The translations under genes were made by a program, and so were the position numbers. From Myxococcota bacterium (lineage in GTDB: Bacteria > Myxococcota_A > UBA9160 > UBA6930): a DNA stretch of 64,000 nt. The notes beneath the pieces are model-generated. The model was not told the DNA's origin. It saw only the letters and a list, made by a program, of their open reading frames with translations, and did not search any database. Position 1 is the first letter of the stretch, and each line of letters opens with the position of its first letter. Shown here piece by piece: positions 51,941 to 61,323 of this stretch. The DNA is taken from positions 5,152,001-5,216,000 of the forward strand of contig OZ245002.1 in assembly GCA_965223415.1 (NCBI GenBank), given 5' to 3'.

Positions 51941-52003
51941 CCAGCGCGCCCGTCTCTCCGAGGAAGCCCGGTACGCGTTTCACATTTCTGAGACCGGCTC
52001 TAG
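51941..52003. mobile_element. Second, left-truncated copy of the CTAG MITE
   Basis: CCAGCGCGCCCGTCTCTCCGAGGAAGCCCGGTACGCGTTTCACATTTCTGAGACCGGCTCTAG aligns colinearly with 19983-20045 (7 substitutions). Confidence 0.8.
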
Positions 52004-53025
52004 TCGTCGTACTTCACCTCGCAGCGAGCGCCCCGGGCGCGGCCCTGACAGGTCAGGATCCAGCCCTCGGCGACCTCCGCCTCGTTGAAGACGTCGTTCG
52101 TCGCCATCTCGACCTCGCCTTCGACCCGCGTCGCCGCGCAGGAGCCGCAGTAGCCCTCTTCGCAGGCGAAGGGTGCGTCGAGACCGGCGTCGAGGGCGGC
52201 CCGCAGGATCGACTGGCCCGGCGTGTAGGGCACCCGGTGGGTCCGGCCGTCCAGGTGCACGAGGATCTCGCTGGGCGCGTCGCCCGCCTCCGGCCCCGCC
52301 AGCGCCGCGGCCGGGGCCTCGCTGCCCTCGGGCGATTCGAAGCGCTCGATGAAGACCTGGTCCGGCGAGGCGCCGACCTTGGCGAGGGCCTCCTCCACGA
52401 CCTCCATGAAGGGGCCCGGCCCGCAGACGTAGCAATGGGCGGTCTCCAGGCCGCGGGCGTGGGCCGCCGCGCCGGCCGCATCGAGGAAGCCGCGCTCTTC
52501 GTCCAGATGGTGGACGACCTCCAGGCGCTCAGGATGGCCGCGGGCCAGGGCGTCGAGCTCGTCCTCGAAGATGATCGAGGGGCGGTCCCGGTTGGCGTAC
52601 ACGAGCCGGATCCGGCGGCGGGTGGTGGCGAGGGCGCTCTTCACCAGCGAGATCACGGGCGTGATCCCGCTCCCTCCTCCGAAGAGCAGGAGGGGTGCTT
52701 CGGCGTCGCGCAGCACGAAGCGGCCCGCCGGCGGCAGCACCTCGAGGGTGCTGCCCGGCCCCACGCGATCGTGGAACCAGTTCGACACGCGCCCTTCGTC
52801 GACCCGCTTGACCGTGACCTTGAAGGTCCGCTCGGTCACCGGGCAGCTGGCGAGGGAGTAGCAGCGCAGCAGGCTTCCACCTTCCCAGGGCACTCGGAAG
52901 GTCAGGAACTGACCCGCCTGGTAGGCGAAGCGGGGCGCCAGCTCGGCGGGTACGTCGAGCACGAAGGAGCGCGCGTCCGCCGTCTCCTCGATCACCCGGG
53001 CCACGGAGAGTGCGTGGTACTGCAC
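52000..53025 (-). CDS. Ferredoxin--NAD(P)+ reductase with C-terminal 2Fe-2S domain (KshB/PaaE-like)
   Basis: RCYSL, GRVSNW, GGSGITP, YVCGP, CEEGYCGSC..LTCQ. TTGAAA-17-TACATC promoter lies 6 nt before the GTG. Confidence 0.9.
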   Translation of the reverse strand: MQYHALSVARVIEETADARSFVLDVPAELAPRFAYQAGQFLTFRVPWEGGSLLRCYSLASCPVTERTFKVTVKRVDEGRVSNWFHDRVGPGSTLEVLPPAGRFVLRDAEAPLLLFGGGSGITPVISLVKSALATTRRRIRLVYANRDRPSIIFEDELDALARGHPERLEVVHHLDEERGFLDAAGAAAHARGLETAHCYVCGPGPFMEVVEEALAKVGASPDQVFIERFESPEGSEAPAAALAGPEAGDAPSEILVHLDGRTHRVPYTPGQSILRAALDAGLDAPFACEEGYCGSCAATRVEGEVEMATNDVFNEAEVAEGWILTCQGRARGARCEVKYDD

Positions 53026-53072
53026 GGCGGGGATGTAGAGGACCCCCGGGGCCGTTTCAACGTCTGGCGCCC

Positions 53073-53090
53073 CTGTGAAGCGTTTCACAG
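53073..53090. promoter_or_regulatory. Palindromic operator candidate
   Basis: CTGTGAAGCGTTTCACAG, a near-perfect dyad just upstream of the -35 box of the reductase promoter. Confidence 0.5.
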
Positions 53091-53422
53091 TGCACCCCCG
53101 GCTCGAGCGGCGATGCTCGGGAGGTCGGGGGCGGTCCCCGACAAGCCGACCGGAAGGCCCTCGGAGAGCCAGCGGCCCCTGGGCCCGAACGGCCTTCCGG
53201 TCGGCATCGATCGCCCGGTCCTCGTGCACCCGGGGCCGGGCGGTCGCCTAGCCCCGAAGCACTGCGGACCGGGTCGCACCCCTTCGCTCCACGCGCGCCG
53301 GCGCCGGGCGGCTCGCCTCTCGCACCCGGAGGCGAGCCCCGGCGTCCCCGGTCGGCGGGCCGCTCCCGACGGCCGCGCGCCGGCGCCGGCCGCCCCCTCC
53401 AGGGCCCGCTACCGTGCCGCCC

Positions 53423-53890
53423 GTGGATGCGCGGATCGCCTTCTGGTGCGGCGCCCTGGCCAACATGGGCTTGATCGTCGGGATCGCCGCCCTGGGCGTC
53501 CGGCAGGTCCGACGCGGCGACGTCCCCGGCCACCGGCGCTCGATGCTCACCGCTTGCGCCCTCGTCGTCTTCTTCCTGCTCTCGTACCTGGTGAAGCGGG
53601 CGCTGATCGGCGGCGAGGATCTCGATACCTGGGGCCGCGCTGCTCTCGTGAACCTCTGGGTCCACGAGACGACGGTGATGGGGATGCTGATCGCCGGCGG
53701 CGTCGCCTTCCATCGCGGCCGGCGTCTCGCGGGGACCCGGCGTGTGACCGGCAGCGCGGACGATCCGGCCGCCTCGCCGGAGGCCCTGCGCAGACATCGT
53801 CGGATGGGCTGGGTCAGCGTCGCGGCCTCGGCGCTGGGCCTGCTCACGGCCTGCGGCATCCTGGCGGGCATGTTCGCGCGCCACGCCTAG
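53423..53890 (+). CDS. DUF420-like membrane protein
   Basis: HRRSMLTACAL..FLLSYL..WVHE..HRRMG pattern; four TM segments. Confidence 0.7.
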   Translation: MDARIAFWCGALANMGLIVGIAALGVRQVRRGDVPGHRRSMLTACALVVFFLLSYLVKRALIGGEDLDTWGRAALVNLWVHETTVMGMLIAGGVAFHRGRRLAGTRRVTGSADDPAASPEALRRHRRMGWVSVAASALGLLTACGILAGMFARHA

Positions 53891-53908
53891 CCACCGCGCG
53901 CTGCCCGG

Positions 53909-54526
53909 CTACCGGCCTCCTACCGGCTCGGTGATCGGCACGTGTCCGGGCTGCCTGCGCACCCGTTCGAGCCAGCGACGGACCGACGGATAGGCCGCCA
54001 GCGCGAAGCCGCCCTCCTCCGCCACGTGGGTGTAGGCATAGAGCGCGATATCGGCGATCGAGTAGCGCTCGGCCACGAAAAAGGGGCGCGTCCCCAGGTG
54101 AGCCTCCATCACGCCGAGGGCGGCCTCGCCGCCGGCCCGTTTGGCCGCGATCTCCGCCTCGCTGTGCTCGTCCAGGGTGCCCGCGTGGTGCCAGAACCGC
54201 AGCACGGCGATGAAGGGCTCGTGGCTGTATTGCTCGAAGCCCATCCACTGGAGCACCCGCGCGCGGTCGAGGCGGTCGTCGGGCAGCAGCGGCGTCCCCT
54301 CGGCCAGGTACCACTGGATGGCGTTCGACTCGGCCAGGGTCGTGCCGTCCGGCAGCTCGAGGAGCGGGATGCGGCCGTTGGGGTTCTTCGCCAGGAACTC
54401 GGGAGTGCGCGTCTCGCCCTGCAGGATGTCGAGTTCCACGCGCTCGAACGGCATGCCGAGCTGGCTCAGCAGGAGGCGCACCTTGTAGCCGTTGCCCGAC
54501 TCGAGATGGTCGTACAGCCGCAGCAC
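53909..54526 (-). CDS. Glutathione S-transferase family protein
   Basis: SGNGYKVRL, NPNGRIPLL, ESNAI, SIADIALY. Confidence 0.92.
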   Translation of the reverse strand: MLRLYDHLESGNGYKVRLLLSQLGMPFERVELDILQGETRTPEFLAKNPNGRIPLLELPDGTTLAESNAIQWYLAEGTPLLPDDRLDRARVLQWMGFEQYSHEPFIAVLRFWHHAGTLDEHSEAEIAAKRAGGEAALGVMEAHLGTRPFFVAERYSIADIALYAYTHVAEEGGFALAAYPSVRRWLERVRRQPGHVPITEPVGGR

Positions 54527-54675
54527 GGCGAGCCCTCCTGGGGCGCGGACGCTACCGCGCCGACGGCGCGGGGGCACCCGCGGTACCCTGCCGCCGGCCC
54601 TGACACCGTCGTCGAGGCCGGCCCGGGCGGCGGGACGCTCCCCGGCCCTCCCCCACGTCCCCGACGGAGGAGACC

Positions 54676-55431
54676 ATGGAGCCGCGCTTCACCGACAAGG
54701 CCGTGCTGGTGACGGGAGCCGCCTCGGGCATCGGTCGGGCGACGGCCCTGCGACTGGCGTCGGAGGGTGCCACGGTCTTCGCCTGCGACCTGGATGCCGA
54801 CGGGCTGGAGACCCTTCGCGGGGAGATCGCCGGCGCGGGCGGCCGGGCCGTGGTCCGCCCTCTCGACGTGCGCGACCGGGCCGCCTGCCGCAGCACCGTG
54901 GCCGATGCGGTCGCCTCCCTCGGCGGCCTCGACGTGCTGTGCAACGTCGCCGGCGTGCTGCGCGGCGGCCGGGTGACCGACGTGACCGACGAGGACTGGG
55001 ACCTGCTCCTGGCCGTCAACCTGACCGCCGTCTTCACGCTCTCCGCGGCCGCCGTCCCCGCCCTGCTCGAGCGCGGCGGCTGCATCGTCAACATGGCCTC
55101 GGCCGCGGGGCTGGGCGGCCAGGCGTACACGTCGGTGTATGCGGCGACCAAGGCCGGCGTGGTCTCGCTCACGAAGTCGATGGCCCTCGAGTACGGCAAG
55201 CAGGGCCTGCGCGTGAACGCGGTGTGCCCGGGCGGCGTGATGACGCCGATGGCCCGCAGCTTCCAGCCACCCGAGGACGCGGACCGGGAGCTCTTCGCGA
55301 GGCTGCTGCCGCTCGTGCCGCCTGCCCGGCCGGACGAGATCGCGGCGGCGGTGGCCTATCTCGCCTCGGCGGAGGCCCGCTACGTGAACGGCGCCAGCCT
55401 CTCGATCGACGGGGGCCAGACCGCCGGCTGA
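54676..55431 (+). CDS. Short-chain dehydrogenase/reductase
   Basis: TGAASGIG, NVAG, YAATK; paralogous to 16843-17595. Confidence 0.92.
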   Translation: MEPRFTDKAVLVTGAASGIGRATALRLASEGATVFACDLDADGLETLRGEIAGAGGRAVVRPLDVRDRAACRSTVADAVASLGGLDVLCNVAGVLRGGRVTDVTDEDWDLLLAVNLTAVFTLSAAAVPALLERGGCIVNMASAAGLGGQAYTSVYAATKAGVVSLTKSMALEYGKQGLRVNAVCPGGVMTPMARSFQPPEDADRELFARLLPLVPPARPDEIAAAVAYLASAEARYVNGASLSIDGGQTAG

Positions 55432-55475
55432 ACGGGGGGTCAAGAGAGCGCCGTGGCCAGCCGATCCAGGCTTCG

Positions 55476-56213
55476 ATGCGTTGGATCGCCGCGTTCGGAG
55501 GCGGAGCGTTCGTCTTGGCGAGCCTGGCCGTCGGGCTGCGCCTGCTGCGGCTCGCCCTGCGCACGCGGGCTGTGCCCGAGACCACCCTGGGCCTCGGACT
55601 CACGCTGATGGGCGGTTTCGCGTACCCGCTGACGAGCGTCGCCCGCCAGGCCCAGGCGCTCTCGGACGAGACCCGCACGGCCCTGATGATCGCGGCCCAC
55701 GTGCTCATGGTCCTGGGCATCGGCTGCATGGGCGTGTTCACCTGGCGTGTGTTCCGGCCCGAGAGTGTCTCCGCACGTCGCGCCGTGACGGCCCTGGGCC
55801 TGGCCCTGGCCGGCTGTTTCGTGTGGCAGGGCGTGTCGCCGGGGTACAGCGCCGGGGCGCTGGCCAAGGAGGGCCTGGCCATCGTCGCGATCAACGCGCT
55901 CGCGGGCCTCGCCATGGGTTGGACCGCGACGGAGGCCCTGCGCTACGCGGCGCTCCTGCGGCGCCGCCTGCCCCTCGGCCTGGCGGACCCGGCCGTCGCG
56001 CGGCAGGTCCTGCTCTGGGGGGTGGCCTCGGGCGCGGCGACCCTGATCACGACCGCCACGCTCACCCTGCACGCCCTCGGCATGGACCCGGCGACCTCCA
56101 CGGCAGGCGCGCTGATCATCGGCCCCCTCGGCCTCGTGGCAGCGATCAGCGTCTCTCGGGCCTTCTGGGGCTCTCCAGCGCCGGAGCCCGCGATCGCCCC
56201 ATCCGGGGGTTGA
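55476..56213 (+). CDS. Hypothetical polytopic membrane protein (about 7 TM)
   Basis: Repeated hydrophobic helices; LRRRLPLGLADPAVARQVLLWG motif. Confidence 0.7.
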   Translation: MRWIAAFGGGAFVLASLAVGLRLLRLALRTRAVPETTLGLGLTLMGGFAYPLTSVARQAQALSDETRTALMIAAHVLMVLGIGCMGVFTWRVFRPESVSARRAVTALGLALAGCFVWQGVSPGYSAGALAKEGLAIVAINALAGLAMGWTATEALRYAALLRRRLPLGLADPAVARQVLLWGVASGAATLITTATLTLHALGMDPATSTAGALIIGPLGLVAAISVSRAFWGSPAPEPAIAPSGG

Positions 56214-56245
56214 CCGCGGGAGCCGGCCCCCGCTAACGAGGGCCC

Positions 56246-57637
56246 ATGTCCGGCGACGCCCTCCCCACCACCGAGGGCGCCGAGGAGGAAGCCCCACGCC
56301 GCGGCACGGGCACGACCCGTCGCATCTGGGAGCTGGCCTGGCCGGCGATCGCCACGAACCTGCTGCACTCGATCGTCGGCATGGTGGACATCAAGATCGT
56401 GGGCTCCCTGGGCGCGCCGGCGGTCGCCGCCGTGACCACGGGGCACCGCATCTTCTTCATCCTCCAGGGCGTGATGATGGCGGTGACCGCGGGCACCACC
56501 GCCTTGGTGGCGCGCGCGTGGGGCGCCGGCGACCACGCCGAGGCCGAGCGGGTGACCCGCGCTTCCCTGTGGATGTGTCTCGTCTTCGCAGCCGTGCTCA
56601 CGGCGCCGGGCGTGCTCTTCGCCGAGGAGCTCGCCGGCATCTTCAAGGGCCTCGATCCGGAAACCATGGCCCTCGCGGCGGACTTCATCCGCACGATCTC
56701 CTGGTTCAACGTCGCCTTCGCCGTGAACATCGTGCTCGGCACGGCGCTTCGCGCGGCGGGGGACACACGCACGCCGCTGCTGATCGCGGTGGTGACGAAC
56801 ATCGTGAACGTGTTCCTGCTCTACGGTCTCGTCTACGGCGAGCTCGGCATGCCGGAGCTCGGCGTGCGGGGCGCGGCCATGGCCAACGGCCTCGCCTTCG
56901 CCTTCGGCGCGGTGATCACCGTGGCGCTCTGGCTGGGCCGGGCCCTCGTCGTGCGCTGGGGTCCCACCGGTGGCGATCTGGCGCCGGCGCGCCTCCGGCA
57001 GATCCTGCACATCGGCTACCCCTCGGGCCTCGAGCAGTTCGTCTTCCAGGCGGGGCTGATGGCGTTCCTGATGATCGTCGCCCGCTACGGTGAGGCGCCC
57101 TACGCCGCCTACAGCATCGGCGTGAACATCCTCTCCTTCTCGTTCCTGGTGGGCTTCGGCTTCTCGATCGCCGCCTCGACCATGGTGGGCCAGAACCTGG
57201 GGGCCGAGGATCCGTTGGCCGCCGAGCGCAGCGGCTGGCGCGCCATGGCGCTCTCGATGGGCGTGATGGTCGTGTTCGGCGCCGCCATCATCGCCATCGC
57301 CGAGCCCTTCGCGCGCTTCCTCATCGACGACGACGAGGTCGTGCGCCTGGCGGTCGTGTTCATCTGGCTGCTGGGCTCGGTACAGGCGCTGATGGGGATC
57401 GAGTTCGCCCTGGGCGGCGCCCTGCGCGGGGCCGGCGATACCCGCTTCCCGCTCGGCATCGTGTTCGCGGGCTTCTTCCTGGGTCGCATCCCGCTCGCGC
57501 TGCTGCTGACCTGGTTGGGATGGAGTGTCGAGTGGGTGTTCGCGGCGCTGCTGGCCGACTACGTGATCAAGGCGGTCGGCCTGGTCCTGCGCTTCCGGGG
57601 CGGGCGCTGGAAGGAGGTGATCCCGGATCGGGCTTGA
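56246..57637 (+). CDS. MATE family efflux transporter
   Basis: LAWPAI, LRAAGDTRTPL, PELGVRGAAMA, LRGAGDTRFPL. Confidence 0.93.
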   Translation: MSGDALPTTEGAEEEAPRRGTGTTRRIWELAWPAIATNLLHSIVGMVDIKIVGSLGAPAVAAVTTGHRIFFILQGVMMAVTAGTTALVARAWGAGDHAEAERVTRASLWMCLVFAAVLTAPGVLFAEELAGIFKGLDPETMALAADFIRTISWFNVAFAVNIVLGTALRAAGDTRTPLLIAVVTNIVNVFLLYGLVYGELGMPELGVRGAAMANGLAFAFGAVITVALWLGRALVVRWGPTGGDLAPARLRQILHIGYPSGLEQFVFQAGLMAFLMIVARYGEAPYAAYSIGVNILSFSFLVGFGFSIAASTMVGQNLGAEDPLAAERSGWRAMALSMGVMVVFGAAIIAIAEPFARFLIDDDEVVRLAVVFIWLLGSVQALMGIEFALGGALRGAGDTRFPLGIVFAGFFLGRIPLALLLTWLGWSVEWVFAALLADYVIKAVGLVLRFRGGRWKEVIPDRA

Positions 57638-57671
57638 ATTAGATATATGATTAGATATTCATATATCTAAT
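57638..57671. promoter_or_regulatory. AT-rich 13-8-13 inverted-repeat operator
   Basis: ATTAGATATATGA-TTAGATAT-TCATATATCTAAT, a perfect dyad upstream of 57697. Confidence 0.75.
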
Positions 57672-57696
57672 CCTGCTCAGCGCCCGAGGTTGGATC

Positions 57697-58311
57697 ATGC
57701 CGCGACTGGCCCTCTTCCTGTGTCTCCTCTGGTTCCTGTCCCTCTTCGTCTACCGCAGCCTGCTGCACTGGCGCCGCACGGGCTCGACCGGCGTCCACGG
57801 CTTCCGCGGCGCGATCGGATCCCTGCCCTGGCTCGCCGGAACCGCCGCGAGCCTGGGGCTCCTGCTCGGCCCCCTGGCACCGGCCGCCACGCTCCTCGGG
57901 TGGCCCGGTGGGGCGTTGCTGGCCAGCCACCCCGCGCTTCACCTCGCGGGCGCCGCCCTGGCCCTGACCGGCAACGCCGGCGCCCTGGTCGCCCAGCTGG
58001 GGATGGGCGACTCCTGGCGCGTCGGCGTGGACGACGGCGAGACGACCGAGCTCGTGACCGACGGCCTGTTCACCTGGGTGCGGAACCCGATCTTCTCCTT
58101 CGTCATCCTCACGGTGCTCGGCCTCGTGATGATGGTCCCGAACGCCCTCGCGCTGCTGGCCTGCGGCCTCACCGTCCTCGGCATCGAGCTCCAGGTGCGC
58201 GCGGTCGAGGAGCCGTACCTGCGCGCGACCCACGGCGCGGCCTACGCCCGCTACACGGAAGAGGTCGGGCGCTTCGTCCCGAAGCTCGGCCGCCACCGCG
58301 TGCCGACATGA
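57697..58311 (+). CDS. Isoprenylcysteine carboxylmethyltransferase (ICMT/STE14) family protein
   Basis: MGDSWRVGVD, LVTDGLFTWVRNPIF, EEPYL..HG..Y..Y..VGRFVP. Confidence 0.88.
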   Translation: MPRLALFLCLLWFLSLFVYRSLLHWRRTGSTGVHGFRGAIGSLPWLAGTAASLGLLLGPLAPAATLLGWPGGALLASHPALHLAGAALALTGNAGALVAQLGMGDSWRVGVDDGETTELVTDGLFTWVRNPIFSFVILTVLGLVMMVPNALALLACGLTVLGIELQVRAVEEPYLRATHGAAYARYTEEVGRFVPKLGRHRVPT

Positions 58312-58650
58312 GCCCGGACGACCGGCTGGCCCGCCGAGGTCGTGCACCGGATGGTGGCGATGGGCTTCCGTGGACCTGGTAAACGCCGTGGCCTCGCCCG
58401 TGTTCGCCGCAGGCTACCTCCGACGCGCGCGTTGGAGGATGCCGCTCGGAGCCGTGTGCCTCACGATCTCGCTCTAGGCGCCGGTCCTGTTCAACGACTG
58501 GACCGGCGCCAACCCCTTCGCCTGCGGCCCCGCGAACCTGGCCTTCGTGGCCGTCGTCGTGCTGGCCGGCCTCTTCGTCTCCTGGGGGAAGCGCGGCTTC
58601 CGTGATGGAGGCGTGGCTCAGCCGAGCGGGCCCTTCGACGCCACCTCGTA
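58308..58650 (+). pseudogene. Degraded membrane-protein gene
   Basis: Coding-like frame VDLVNAVASPVFAAGYLRRARWRMPLGAVCLTISL*APVLFNDW..LAFVAVVVLAGLFVSWG has an internal TAG (58475-58477) and is out of frame with the coupled ATG at 58308. Confidence 0.5.
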
Positions 58651-58920
58651 GCGGTGGACGACCATCTCCTTCACGCCGAATCCACCCATCGCCTGCTGGA
58701 ACTTCGCCATGTGGGGCGTCTTGAAGTGGAGGTCGAGGGCCTCCTGGCTCTCCCACTCCTCGAAGATGCGGACCCGACCCTCCTGGGTGAGATCCGCGGC
58801 GAAGCAGTAGGCGCTGCAGCCGTCTTCCTTCAGCGTCTCGCGCACCATCTCCTGGGCAGCGGCGGTGGCATCGGGAAGCTTGGCGGAATCGAGAGTCACG
58901 TAGCCAGCGATGACGAGCAT
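58618..58920 (-). CDS. Antibiotic biosynthesis monooxygenase (ABM) family protein
   Basis: AGGAGG RBS; EDGCSAY..IFEEWESQEALDLHFKTPHM. Confidence 0.88.
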   Translation of the reverse strand: MLVIAGYVTLDSAKLPDATAAAQEMVRETLKEDGCSAYCFAADLTQEGRVRIFEEWESQEALDLHFKTPHMAKFQQAMGGFGVKEMVVHRYEVASKGPLG

Positions 58921-58943
58921 GAGGTCCTCCTGGGCGGGCGATC

Positions 58944-59807
58944 CTAGGGCTTGTCCCGCGGCGGCGGCCACCCGGGCACGAGGCCGAGCTCCTTGCACAG
59001 GCGTTGGGCGTGGACGGTCTGCCCCTGGTACCGGGCCCCGGCCGGGTCGTCGGCGAGCCAGGCGATCACTTCCGCCGGCACCCGCGGCGGTGCTCCGCCC
59101 CACTGGCGGGCGAAGGTCTCGGTCATGCCGCGCTCTTCCATCGTCTCGGTGAGCACGAAGCCGGGCTCGACGTTCACCACGCGCACGCCGGACTCCGCAT
59201 GCTCCACGGCGAAGATGCCGGCCATGCGCAGGAACGCGGCCTTGGACGAGGAGTAGCCGAAGCCCCAGCCGCCCTCCCCCACCGGCCGCTCCGGATCCGT
59301 CATCGCCGATTCGGAGACGAGGTTCAGGATGCAGCCGCGGCCTCGCTCGATCATCGCGGGCAGGACGGCCTGGATCAGGGCGAGCTGGTTCACCGCATTG
59401 CCGAGGAAGAGACGCTCCAGGTGCTCGGGCTGGAGGTCGAGCAGGCGGTCCATCGTGCCAGGCCCCTGGTAGATGGCGTTGTTCACCAGCAGCTCGATCG
59501 GGCCCCAGGCGGCGGTCGCCTCCTTCACCGCGGTGTGGATCGATGCCCGGTCGAGGAGGTCCATACGGATGGGCAAGGCCTCGCCGCCGGCGGCGCGGAT
59601 GTCCTCGGCGGTGGCCTGGAGGCTACCGGGCATGGCACGCACCTCGGAGGCGGAGGCGGTGTTCGAGTACTCGTACCGCTCGCCCGTCTCGAGGGTGCGC
59701 GCAGTGAGCACCACCGCATAGCCATGCTCGGCCAGGGTCGTAGCGGTGACCTTGCCGATCCCGCGGCTGGCCCCGGTCACGAAGGCGACGCGTCGTTGCG
59801 TGGGCAT
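58944..59807 (-). CDS. Short-chain dehydrogenase/reductase
   Basis: TGASRGIG, LVNNA, YSSSK. Confidence 0.9.
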   Translation of the reverse strand: MPTQRRVAFVTGASRGIGKVTATTLAEHGYAVVLTARTLETGERYEYSNTASASEVRAMPGSLQATAEDIRAAGGEALPIRMDLLDRASIHTAVKEATAAWGPIELLVNNAIYQGPGTMDRLLDLQPEHLERLFLGNAVNQLALIQAVLPAMIERGRGCILNLVSESAMTDPERPVGEGGWGFGYSSSKAAFLRMAGIFAVEHAESGVRVVNVEPGFVLTETMEERGMTETFARQWGGAPPRVPAEVIAWLADDPAGARYQGQTVHAQRLCKELGLVPGWPPPRDKP

Positions 59808-59821
59808 CCGCTCGCCTCTCC

Positions 59822-60292
59822 TCAGATGCGCAGCCGGACCGCGTGGCCCGCCCGGCTGGCGCCGCGCACCAGATCCTGGAGACGGGCGAGGGAGCGCTGG
59901 TACTCGCGGTTGTCGATGCGCAGACGGAGCTCGCGTCCCCGCTCGCGGGCGAGGACGAACTCGTGGACGGCGCCGTAGGTCTTGCGGTCGGCCTCGTAGA
60001 GCATGGCGGAGGCGTCCTCCAGCAGGGCCTGGGGCACGAGGGTGTCGCGCCCGTCGCCGAGCGGGCCCATCTCGAGCGGCAGCTCGTTCAGGACGTCGAC
60101 CACGCCGTGGCCGAGCAGCGCGTGGGTGGTGTTGGGCGAGAGATGCACGCGGGTGTTCGTCTCCAGCTCGGCCGCTTCGTTGATCCACACCCAGCCCGCG
60201 TCACCGACCCGGAGCGCCGGATGCGCGCCGGCGTCGGGCGCCTCGAGCACCAGCACCTCCCGCTCCTTCGCCGCGCCTGCAGGGCCTCGCAT
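59822..60292 (-). CDS. Hypothetical protein
   Basis: High-GC3 ORF; TATGCT -10 box 7 nt before ATG 60292. Confidence 0.65.
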   Translation of the reverse strand: MRGPAGAAKEREVLVLEAPDAGAHPALRVGDAGWVWINEAAELETNTRVHLSPNTTHALLGHGVVDVLNELPLEMGPLGDGRDTLVPQALLEDASAMLYEADRKTYGAVHEFVLARERGRELRLRIDNREYQRSLARLQDLVRGASRAGHAVRLRI

Positions 60293-60346
60293 GGCCAGCA
60301 GCATAGCCTGAGGCTAGGGTTCCTCTTTCCCCCTGGAGGGAACGTC

Positions 60347-61321
60347 ATGCCGATCAGCCTGAAGGGACGGAGCCTGCTCACGCTCCGGGAGTTCGCGCCG
60401 GACGAGATCGCGCTGATGGTCGACACGGCCGCGGACCTGAAGGCCGCCAAGCGGAGCGGCGTGTTCCCGCGCCGCCTCGCCAACCGCAACATCGCCATGA
60501 TCTTCGAGAAGCCGTCTTGCCGCACCCGAGCGTCCTTCGCCGTGGCCGCCGCGGACGAGGGCGCGAACCTCGAGGTGCTGCCGCCGGAGGAGATCCGCTT
60601 CGGGCGCAAGGAATCGATCAAGGACGTTTCCCGGGTGCTGGGGCGCCTCTTCGACGGCATCGTCTGGCGGGGCTTCGAGCACGACATCGTGAAGGAGCTG
60701 GCGGAGCACGCCGGCGTGCCGGTCTGGAACGCGCTCTCCGACGCCTATCATCCGACCCAGGTGCTGGCCGACCTGCTCACCGTACGCGAAGTCTTCGGCC
60801 GGCTGCGCGGCGTGCGCATCTGCTACGTGGGCGACGGGCGCAACAACCAGGCCACTTCGCTCATGATCGGCGCCGCCAAGATGGGCGTCGACCTGCGCAT
60901 CCTGGCCCCACCCCAGCTGGCGCCCTCCGAGGCCCTGGTGAAAGAGCTGATGAGCGAGGCCTCCGTGGGCGCGAACATCGTCGTCACCTCCGACCCGGAC
61001 CGCGCCCTGGTCGGCTGCGAGGCCGTCTACGGCGACGTCTGGGTCTCGATGGGCGAAGAAGACCTGATCGAAGAGCGCATCGCCCTGCTCCACGACTACC
61101 GCGTCACACCGGAGCTGATGGCGCTGACCGGCCGCCCCGACACCATCTACATGCACTGCCTCCCCGCGCTCCACGACCTCTCCACCGAGTTCGCCCGCGT
61201 CCACCCGGACGTCTGCGAGGTCGCCGACGAAGTCTTCGAGCACCCCCAGAGCCGCGTCTTCGAGCAAGCCGAGAACCGCATGCACACCGCCAAAGCCGTC
61301 ATGGTCCTCACCGTCGGCTAA
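60347..61321 (+). CDS. argF: Ornithine carbamoyltransferase-like transcarbamylase
   Basis: FEKPSCRTR, ESIKDVSRVL, HPTQVLAD, DVWVSMG, HCLP, QAENRMH. Confidence 0.88.
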   Translation: MPISLKGRSLLTLREFAPDEIALMVDTAADLKAAKRSGVFPRRLANRNIAMIFEKPSCRTRASFAVAAADEGANLEVLPPEEIRFGRKESIKDVSRVLGRLFDGIVWRGFEHDIVKELAEHAGVPVWNALSDAYHPTQVLADLLTVREVFGRLRGVRICYVGDGRNNQATSLMIGAAKMGVDLRILAPPQLAPSEALVKELMSEASVGANIVVTSDPDRALVGCEAVYGDVWVSMGEEDLIEERIALLHDYRVTPELMALTGRPDTIYMHCLPALHDLSTEFARVHPDVCEVADEVFEHPQSRVFEQAENRMHTAKAVMVLTVG

Positions 61322-61323
61322 CC

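Noticed and set aside
51726..51983. 85-aa ORF starting inside the second MITE copy
   Set aside because: The start codon comes from the repeat, the composition is shadow-like, and there is no RBS or motif.
58475..58477. Pyrrolysine or stop-codon readthrough at the in-frame TAG
   Set aside because: TAG is a normal stop for many genes here, no pyl genes are visible, and the same ORF also has a frameshift, so decay is the simpler explanation.
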